A program made the translations under genes and the position numbers. A stretch of 64,000 nucleotides of DNA from the human T2T-CHM13v2.0 reference genome, Homo sapiens: the NCBI RefSeq assembly GCF_009914755.1, contig NC_060935.1; one strand, given 5' to 3'. This document shows positions 1 to 11,087 of the stretch, in pieces (within the stretch, counting starts at the first letter, position 1; every line of letters starts with the position of its first letter). The notes beneath the pieces were generated by a model. It was given only the letters and a program-made list of their open reading frames with translations, did no database searches and had not been told where the DNA came from.

Positions 1-55
1 GGACCTCTGCCCCGTGCCCCCTGCTCTGAGGTGGACCCAGACACATATCTTCTTA

Positions 56-259
<204 letters not shown>

Positions 260-875
260 TCAAGGGAGGGTGAAAAGAATGAAAAAAAGAAAGATTATTT
301 TTAATCAAATGCAGCACAAAGATTTTAAAGTTTGTGAAAGAAATGTTTATGTGCAAATGAAGTAGGGCTTTCCTACCAATCTGGGGCTAATCAACACTTA
401 ATTCCCTAAATAGGCAGTGTGGATGGGGCTCATGAAATAGAGAAATATAGAGGAACAAGATATGTGTGTATCTCCAAAGAGTTTATGGTTCATGCAGAGT
501 CAGGCATCAATGATCACAACTCCAGTCTTCATGCAGAGCACGTCTGTGAGTATAGGGGGCGGGCAGTTGCAGAACTGAGGTTGGGTTTAGAGTTGGGCTC
601 CCTGGGAAAAGGCAGCTGGAGTGGGGTTCTGGAGAAGGGGTATTGGGGGGAAGCTCTAGGTCAGGGCACTGAGATGGAGGAGGGCTAGAGGAAGGAACCA
701 GGGGAACCTGCGTACCAACTGGCTCATCAGTGCCTGATCATCCCTTGTCAGCCTGTCCAAAGGGGCTAAGGTGGCTGGAGGACAGCTTGTCCAGTGAGTT
801 CCAGTGCCCCCTGCACATCCTGCTGGGGCAAGTGGAGCTGGGACCTGAACCCCCAGCCACTGGGGCACTGCATCA

Positions 876-1250
<375 letters not shown>

Positions 1251-1557
1251 TCAGTCAGAGAGCACACAGTCAATGCTGTGGTGCTTCTGACCCTGAGTCA
1301 ATGGCACATGAGTGCCTGCTGTTTACACACAGGGCTACACAGCACAGTGCAAAGATGGAAACCAAGAAGTCAAGTGTCAACTGCTTCCAAAGTATGGGAA
1401 GGCCTGGGTAGTTCTCAGGCTTAGGCCTACACACTGCCTAGGCATCCCCTGCAATGCAGGAGAGAGAGTTCTCTGCCCTGGGACCAATTTGGTAATTAGA
1501 CCCAGAAGTACCCCTTTACCCAGCTGATTACAGCCTATTGATATAAAGAGTGATCCG

Positions 1558-1847
1558 GGCTGGGCTTGATGGCTCACGCCTGTAATCTCAACACTCTGGG
1601 AGGCTGAGGCAGGAGAATCACTTGAGCCTAGGAGCTCAAGACCAGCCTAGGCAACATGGCGAAATCTCTACAAAAAAATTTAAAAATTAGCCAGACATAG
1701 TGGCACATGTCTGTAGTCCCAGCTACTCTGGGACTGAGGCAGGAGGATCACTTGAGCCCAGGAATTCCAGGCTGCAGTGAGCCATATTTGCACCACGGCA
1801 CTCCAGCCTGGGTGATCCAGAAAGACCTTGTCTCTAAAAAAAAAAAA
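1558..1847 (+). mobile_element. AluJ
   Basis: Dimeric Alu, poly-A tail, TSD-like aaagagtga. Confidence 0.9.
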
Positions 1848-2327
1848 GAGTGACCCAAAGAGTCTCCCCTGTTTTAACAATAATATTTACTAAGTTAGAT
1901 CTTACACATGTTATACCTGGGACAAGAAACACAGTCATAAACAAACAAAAGGATTTCTAAAAGCACATGTTCCTCAGGAATTAGTCATTGGCAAGATGCT
2001 ATCAAAATCTGCTATCTATCTCTTATATTCTTAATCATCTCTCCTCTATTAATCATAGTGGTCTCATTTTCCCCCATAAGTTATGATGGCATTTCAAGAA
2101 CACACACCATTGGGAGGAGCCTGGAGCCTGTCAGACCTGGGTTCTGATTCCACATCCTCCACTTGGCTGTGTGACCTTAAAAGAGTCACCGTAGCCTCGT
2201 GGAGTTGTAATGATTATATGAATTGTGAATAATTCATATAATATACTTAGCATAATGCCTGGCATAGGTAAATATTCAATACATGGTAGCTATAATAACC
2301 ATTATTACTAATATTCTTATTGCTGTC

Positions 2328-2626
2328 ATTTTTTTTTTTTTGAGACAGGGTCTCTGTTGCCTAGGCTGGAGTGCAGTGGCACAATCACAGCTTACTACAG
2401 CTTGACCTCCTGGGCTTAAGCTGTCCCTGCACCTCAGCCACCTAAGTAGCTGAGATTACCATGTGCCACCACGCTCAACTATTTTTTGTTTTTTTTAATT
2501 TTTTTCTACAAACGAGGTCTCACTATGTTGCCCAGGCTGGTCTTAGGGTTAGGGTTAGCCACCTGAGCTCAAGTGATCCTGAACCCGAAGTGCTAGGGTT
2601 ACAGGTATGAGCCACCATGCCTGGCC
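2328..2626 (-). mobile_element. AluJ with internal telomeric-repeat insertion
   Basis: Poly-T then Alu reverse complement; TTAGGGTTAGGGTTAG at 2543-2558. Confidence 0.9.
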
Positions 2627-2648
2627 TAAATTTTTCTTAATAAGGTCA

Positions 2649-2953
<305 letters not shown>

Positions 2954-3671
2954 TCACATACAAGGGTAAATTCATGCCAAAATGTCACCCCTCATCAACC
3001 TTGCAGTTAGTTTTGGAGTTTTATAACAGACCAAAGAGATGATAGGAGTCACACAGTCAATATGAGGATTTGATTTTTAAGCCAGAAACAGCCTTGCAGT
3101 TCAGTTTGGAGTTATTTAGGTGGGAAATAAAGCTGAGGCTGGGAGTCACTCCAAGGACAGCCGTGGGAGCAGCACGAGGGGTCTTCACTCTGCCGTGGCC
3201 ATCAGATATAAATCACCATTCAGATCACACCTGCCATTGGAGCCCACAGAGTGTCAATACAGCCAGCCCTTCTCCCATTTAATAAAAGGAAGACATTTAA
3301 TAATAAAATAAATAGGAAAGCCCACAGAGCTTGAGATTGACTTCAAAGTTAACATTTTATAAGAGATAATGAAAAGCTCTTCACAGAGGAGGTCCCAGTT
3401 TTAACAAAATAAACGGATATATTTGTTTTAAATAAAAAAGCTAAGAATTTGAGACCAAAGCTGGAGAAAAACCCAGACCTCCTCTCTTCATTTTAACACT
3501 TTCAAAACAGTACCTATAGATAGGGAAATCACTCAGGTTTCAGGTGTATATATTTCCAGTGAAGAAAGCACGCAGTTTCAACACTTACGCTCTTCTGCTA
3601 GTGTATTCTACCCCATCTTCATTTATTTGCTCAAATGAGTATCTGCCCAGCATGTGTCAGGCACTGACCTA

Positions 3672-4061
<390 letters not shown>

Positions 4062-4636
4062 CTAGAGATGAAGGCAAATAGATGGCACTGACCACACCAC
4101 CCACGGCATGCAAACTCCCTGAATACGCAGTGTGCCCTGCCTTGGTTCTCTCTGCACACCTCTGCACAGCTTGATCCTCATTGCCCCGTTAGAGGTGTTT
4201 ACAGCTCTGTCTCTCCCTAGACCATGAGCTCCTTGAGAATAGGGATCACAGGGGTTCGAATTATTTTTGTAGCACAAGCACTTGATGGTTGAAGAGAGAT
4301 TTTTAAAAATCCTGGATCTCCCTACTTCACAGGGCTGTTGACACAATTATAGAGGTTAAAATCATTCATTGAACATAGGTCTAGTGCTGGAAGAACAGAG
4401 TGTTATTAATTCTGTCTGGTGGCATCCCGAAAGGTGTCCTAGAGGAGGTCACATTTGTGTCAGGCCTTGAAGGATGAATAGGATCTTCGCAGTTGGGAAA
4501 GGGGGCAGGTTCTAAAAGTTCATGCATTAAATCAGGAGGAGAGGAAAGAAAAGATTGGGAATAGACTGCAAAAGTTCTTGAGTGCCAGGCATTTGGATTT
4601 TATTGTCACAGGTAAAGGAATCATTGAAAGGACAGG

Positions 4637-4783
4637 AGTCAGGCATGGTGGTGTGCGTCTGTAGTCCTAGCTACTGGGGAGGCTAAGATGGAATCACCTG
4701 AGCCTAAGAATTTGAGTCTAGCCTTGGCAACATAGTGAAAATGAGACCCCTTCTCTAAAAAAGAAGAAAGAAAAGAAGAGGAA
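4637..4783 (+). mobile_element. Alu monomer (FLAM-like) following an L2 fragment (~4360-4630)
   Basis: Single Alu arm with A-rich tail. Confidence 0.75.
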
Positions 4784-4899
4784 GATGTCCAGAAGCTGTG
4801 TTTTGAAAAGTTCATTCTCTGGTGGCCGGCTGGGATGGGTGGTGATCTCAAGACCCTTACAAAATAGCACACTTCAGGTTCATAATAAACAATACAACA

Positions 4900-5215
4900 G
4901 GCTGTGCGCAGTGGCTCACACCTATGATCCCAGCACTTTAGAAGGCCAAGGTGGGCGGATCACCTGAGGTCAGGAGTTCCAGACCAGCCTGGCCAACATG
5001 GAGAAACCCCGTCTCTACTGAAAAAACAAACAAACAAACAAAACAGAAAAATTAGCTGGGTGTGGTGGTGCACACCTGTAATCCCAGCTACTTGGGAGGC
5101 AAGGCAGGAGAATTGCTTGAGCTCTGCAAACGCGGAGGTTGCAATGGGCCGAGATGGTGCCACTGCACTCCAGCCTGGGCCACAGAGTGAGGCTCTGTCT
5201 CAAAGAAAAAAAAAA
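4900..5215 (+). mobile_element. AluS
   Basis: Full dimer, TSD caatacaaca. Confidence 0.9.
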
Positions 5216-5391
5216 TCAATACAACAAAGTGTAAATGCTGGTAAATAAGGAAATTCATCAATGTTGCTTCTGGTTCTATTTCTAGTACTGTTAAATGTAG
5301 ATTTGTACCTTATGTTAGGCTATGAATATGAAGCAAACATACCAAATTTGGCTCCCTACTATTCAAACATCATCAGAGTCATCGCATTTCT

Positions 5392-5570
5392 AATGACTAA
5401 CATTTGTTGAGTACTTATACCAGACACCATGTCAAAAGCTCTACATATAGTATTTCATTTATTCCTCAACACAGCCCTAAGGATCTAGGTACTATTATTA
5501 GCACCCTTTTACAGAAACAGAGACTTAGAGAGGTTAATAATTTGGCCAAAGTCCCACAGCTAATTTGTGA
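5392..5570 (-). mobile_element. MIR
   Basis: aacatttgttgagtactta...ttttacagaaacagagacttagagaggtt...aaagtcccacagcta core. Confidence 0.8.
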
Positions 5571-6082
5571 AATACTCCTATGGTACTGTAAGATCAAGAG
5601 CTTTGAGTTTAAAAGGGAAAAAAGTTATTTAACAAACGGGCAGATTTAAGTGCAGTTGAAGACTTTATCAAGGATTCTCTATGGGGCTAGGAGAGTTTGA
5701 CTGGAACAAACATTCTCTATATGTAAGCTGCCAAGAAATAGAAAAAAATTACATGATAAAGTTAACTATTACAGCTCTCCAGTGTCTGTAACAAGGGAGA
5801 TCGGTTTTCATCCTATTCTACAAATGCAATTTGCATATATATTCTTAGGGTTAAACATGGGAACGTTCTCTGTTATAAGAAATAAAAATGTCTTTTCATT
5901 ATTCATTCCAAAATCTTAAAAAAAAAATCAGGCTTTTGGATCATGGTAAGCAAAAAATATGCCACATTTTAAATATTATTTCTACAATTCAATGTAACCA
6001 ATTAATAAAGTCTATCCAAATATCTAAATCTTAATACTCATATTTCTTGGATTTTCTTTTACAACATTCATGTATCATTTAA

Positions 6083-6393
<311 letters not shown>

Positions 6394-8242
6394 TACAATT
6401 TTATATTTTTAAAAAATTAAAAGTGAACCAAACTCTTGTTTTATTGGCAAACAATATTATAATGAGACTGATGGCAAATAGAGTATAATTCCAGACTTCT
6501 TCTCTAAATGCAGCCCTACTGGATAATGGTTTCCATATCGCTCTGGTTCCAGCCCATCTCTCATGTAAAGCTGGGCTGAATTCTGTATTACGAACTCACG
6601 TTTTACCCTGTGTCCCACTTGACTCTTTCAGTGTCTGTAGCAGGCCAGTATATCAGAGAATAACTCCTTCATGGCTCTAAGGAGCTCACCTGTCATGAAG
6701 CAGGTAAAACCAAGGCTGTCCAGAGCCCCTCTGCTCAGCCATTTCTATCTGAAGAAGAGCTGTTTTTACAATACTCATCCACGGAAGGGAAAGTGCCGAT
6801 ATGGTGACAATGATTCCAACAGCCCCATTAATCATAACGTAGAGTCACATCACCATGGTCTGTTCCATCATGGTTCCTCTGGCAGAAAACAGATGTCCTC
6901 AGCAGGTGGACAACACCAGGCCTGGTTCTCACTGAGCCAGGGACCAGGATGGGCTCCTGCTGCTCTGCTGTCCCTGCTGCTGAGAACTCTTTCAACCTCC
7001 ACAGCCTTTGCAAGGTGACCTTTAGAGAGACCTCACAATATCCCACCTCTGTGCCATTTCTTAACTGCTCGAAGTGCCAAGAAACCCTTCAGGCTGCCCT
7101 GTGGAAAAGAGGGCACCAGTTCTTTTTCCTCACAATGAAAGGCCTGCTTCACATAAACAAACTCATATTGTCAGTCACAGTGTCCATTTTCCTTCCAGAG
7201 AGAAAGACCTGCAGAAATAATTCATGCCAAGCACCTCCCAAATATATTTGATTCTTTCACAAGGTAAAAATGAGCTAAACACTAAAAGGCAACTCTGAAA
7301 TATCATGAAGGGATGCCTGAAAACCGCTCTTTGCAAATGTGCTGAGAATCTGGCCTGCAGAGACCTCAATCACACGTTCCAGTGGCTTCTCTCTTCTCCT
7401 TCAGCAGCCAGCTTGTTTTGCTGCCCAGGACAAAGGAGTCAATTGCCCCCAGAACACTTCACTATCACAGCAAAGCTTTTGTGTGCCTTCAGTGACCATT
7501 AAAATCTCATTCTCAAATCCCACACAGCTGTTTTTTCTCCTTCTTTAAAAAAGATACGAGAAAGCTTTTCTGATGCAAAAGGGACAGACCAGCAGGATGA
7601 GGATTAATGGCGACAAAGAAGCTTGAAGCCTCGGCCTCTTTTCAGCACTGTGGCCTTTGAGTATTTCAGGCTATAGACAAACACTATGGTCTCTCTGTGG
7701 CTAAGATGATGAACCTAATAAAAGGGGTCACCCTCTAGTATTTGACTGCTTTCTTAAGAATCACGCCTTGACTTCTGAAGAAGAGCCATAAGCAGCCCAC
7801 GTGGATTCCCAGGGTGCCCCAGGGCTGCTGCTTTGTCCCAGTCCAGAGGCGCTGATGCCCCAGGCAGAGTTGGCCTCAGGATCCTGGTTTGAGCTCTCTT
7901 TAAATGACTGCCCCCATGATAACAGGGGACAGTCCTTCTTGGGCTGAGAGATTGATTTTTCATTGTCCAGGTTTTTGACCTGTGCTCAGGTTTGCTCTTT
8001 AAAAACATTCCTGTAGTTGAGGCAGAGAAATGAGCCCAGCTTGATGCCTTCTTCCTTATTGGGTTCCCAAATGCACACTATGTTCTTTTCATGCCTAGTT
8101 AACTGGAGCTGAAATTTCACTTCCTTTAGAGTGCCTTTTTTGCCCTCAATTTAAATATTTCTCCAAAGATTTGCCCTTTGCCCTCTTTTCTCTTAATGTT
8201 ATCTACTGTCCTTGGGATTTCATCTGTTGTCCCTGTGAAGAT

Positions 8243-9750
8243 TCATTTACTCATTCATTCAATAAGTACTTATTGAGCACTCATTATGTGCTGAGTACCG
8301 TTCTAGGAGCTGGAGACACAGCAGAGAAGAGAGACATGACCCTGTTCTAATGGGGTTCTCAGGGCAGTAAATAAATGAGCAATAAATCTCAATGAGCAAG
8401 CAAATAAGTATGTAATAGAATGCAAGTAGTAGTATGATGAAGAAAAGGAAAACAGGGGAAGATTACAAAGAGGGGGTAGGGATGGAGTTTGTATATATGC
8501 TATTTTAGAACTGTGGCCAAGAAAGGCCTTTCTGAACAGAGACCAGAATAAAATGTGGGAAACAGGCTGGGTGCTGTGGCTCACACCTGTAATCCCAGCA
8601 CATTGGGAGGCTGAGGCAGGAGGACTGCTTGAGCCCAGAGTTCAAGACCAGCTTGGGAAATATAGTGAGACCTCGTCTTTCCAAAATCACCTTAAAAAGT
8701 TAGCTGAGCGTGGTAGTGCATGCCAGTGGGAGAATAGCTTGAGCCCAGGAGGCGGAGGTTGCAATGAGCCAAAATCACACCACTACACTCCAGCCTGGGT
8801 GACAGAGCAAGACCCTGTCTAAAAAACAAACAAACAAAAAAACACAAAACAACAACAACAAAAAACAGGAAATAGCCTTGCAATGAGATTGCCTAATAGC
8901 AAGAAAGGCAGTGTAGTAGGAACACAGCATAAGGGGGTAGGGCAATAAGAGAGGAACTTTAAAAAGCAAGCAAGGGCCAGATCACATGGGTGCTTGAAGG
9001 CCATGGTAAGGAAATTAGACCTTACCCAAAGTATGTTGGAGGTTTGAAATGGGGCAGTGACACAATCTGATTTATGTTTTTCTTTTCTTTTCTTTTCTTT
9101 TCTTTTCTTTTTTCGTTTAGGAGACAGGGTTGCGCTCTGTTACCCAGGCTGGAGTGATCATGGCTCACTGCAGACTCAACCTCCTGGGCTCAAGTGATCC
9201 TCCCACCTTAGACTCCTGAGTAGCTGGAACTACAGGCTTGCACCACCATGCCCAGCTAATGTTTTAACTTTTTGTAGAAATAGGGTCTCCTGGGCTCAAG
9301 TGGTCCTCTGTCTCGGCATCCGAAAGTGAGCCACTGTACCCAGCCTGATTTATGTTTTTAAGAGATGTCCTGGCTGCTGTGTGGAGAACAGATGGAGGCC
9401 AGGCAAGGCTGAGGAGAACAATTCAGAGCCTGGTACAACAGACTGAGCTAGAGATGACGGTGGCTTGAAACAGAGCAGTAATAATAACGGAGGAGGAGAA
9501 AACTGGTCAGATAAAGGAAATTACCTGAAGGCAGAGCTGACAGGATTTGCACACGGACTGGATGAGGAACGCAACAGAAAGGGAGAGGTCAAGATGACTC
9601 AGGCTTTCCACTTGAGCAACTGGGTGAGGCGAGGTGCCCCTTACTGAGATGCTGGTTTGATTTGATTTGAAGCTTGAGAGGATAAGAAGCTTTGTTTGGA
9701 AACACTGAGTTTGAGATGCCAGTTGGCCATCCAAGTGCGGACACTAGGAA
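8243..9750. mobile_element. L2 fragment interrupted by AluJ (+, 8565-8865) and AluJ (-, 9077-9345)
   Basis: cattcattcaataagtacttattgagcac L2 3' end; typical L2 purine-rich text; two Alus with tails. Confidence 0.8.
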
Positions 9751-10203
9751 GGCACGGGTTCTACTGTTGGTCTCTGAGGCGGAATACTACACCTCGGGGG
9801 TTGACAAGATGATCCACCGGGTGGGAGCACGTTTCTACACCCATGCCTACGAATTTTCACCTAAAATAAGAAACAAACGAAGCTCCTCTGGTTTAGAATA
9901 TGGTGTAAGAGCAGCCTCCCAGCCAGTCTCCATCTCTGTGAGGCACAAGACACATGTGAGGAGCCAGGGTCGCCAAGAAAAGAGAAGCACTGGCACCCAC
10001 AACTCGGGCGCAGGGCACTGACTGACTCTCGCCTCTCAATACATAGAGAATAGTTACAGCTTAGCTATGCCTGGGTAATGAGATGTCCTGACCTATATGA
10101 TCGTGTTTTTAACTAAACTAACCATCACAAAATAGAAAGCAGCTTTGATGGATTCCCGGAAAGAACACCCGACTGAAGGGCGTAAACGTGACGCGAGCCC
10201 ATG

Positions 10204-10326
10204 CGCACCACAGGAGTGTCCGTGGGCGCATCTTCTGCTCCTAGCACAGCAGCCACGCGCGTCCGCACCACAGGAGAGGGCCCGTGGGTGCATCTTCTGC
10301 TCCTAGCACAGCAGCCACCCGTGTCC
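10204..10326. repeat. Tandem duplication, 2 x ~60-62 bp
   Basis: cgcaccacaggag...catcttctgctcctagcacagcagccac starts at both 10204 and 10264. Confidence 0.95.
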
Positions 10327-11087
10327 ACAGTGGAGCGGAGGTTTCCCATCCAAGACCCCCAGTGGGTGCCTGGAACCTCGGAGAGTACCACACCCTATAT
10401 ACACTAGGGGTTTTCCTATGCGTGCTTATTCATGATAAAGTTTCATTTATAAATTAGGCACAGCAAGAGATTAACAATAATAATAAAACAATTATCACAA
10501 CATATTATAATAAAAAGTTATGTGAATGTGGTCTCTCTCTCAAAGTATCTTATAGTACCGTACTCACCCTTCTTGTGATCTGTCAATCTGATAACTGAGA
10601 TGACTACTATGTGACTAACATGGGGGAGGGTATACACCGTGGGTACACAGGAGAAAGGGAGGATTCATATCCCAGGCAGGATGGGGAGGGTACACAGCGT
10701 GGGTACGCAGGAGAAAGGGAGGATTCATATCCCAGGCAGGATGGGGAGGGTATACACCGTGGGTACGCAGGAGAAAGGGAGGATTCATATCCCAGGCAGG
10801 ATGGGGAGGGTACACAGTGTGGGTACGCAGGAGAAAGGGAGGATTCATATTCCAGGCAGGATGGGGAGGGTATACACCGTGGGTACGCAGCATAAAGGGA
10901 GGATTCATATCCCAGGCAGGATGGAGCAGGACAACACGAGATTTCATCACACCACTCTGAAGAGTGGGCAATTTAAAACTTACAAATTGTTTATTTCTGG
11001 AATTTTCCATTTGATATTCTTGGACCATGGTTGACCCAGGTAACTGAAACCACAGAAAGCAAAACTGCCTATAAGGAGGCACTAGTG
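10309..11087 (-). mobile_element. MER44/Tigger7-family DNA transposon with internal VNTR
   Basis: Diagnostic text ccaagacccccagtgg...aaattaggcacag...taactgaaaccacagaaagcaaaac; right TIR followed by TA. Confidence 0.85.
10621..10924. repeat. Minisatellite, 5 x 60 bp
   Basis: Five consecutive 60-nt lines are near-identical (tggggagggtatacaccgtgggtacgcaggagaaagggaggattcatatcccaggcagga). Confidence 0.97.

Noticed and set aside
315-361. Plus-strand exon-like segment before 414
   Set aside because: It would leave a 52-nt intron, too short for normal splicing.
2558-2563. GCCACC after the telomeric insert as read-through into telomerase RNA
   Set aside because: Too short, and the intervening TERC-derived bases are missing; chance is sufficient.
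4785-4900. Plus-strand segment SRSCVLKSSFSGGRLGW as another pseudogene exon
   Set aside because: Weak splice sites, phase incompatible with the 5286 exon, and squeezed between Alu elements.
7754-8010. Minus-strand cryptic SCUBE2 exon after a ctacag acceptor (84-aa ORF)
   Set aside because: No matching donor or recognisable domain; the plus-strand interpretation explains the block better.
10611-11082. Repetitive 94-155 aa ORFs and a superficially CRISPR-like array
   Set aside because: By-products of a stop-free 60-bp tandem repeat in a MER44 element; no unique spacers, eukaryotic context.
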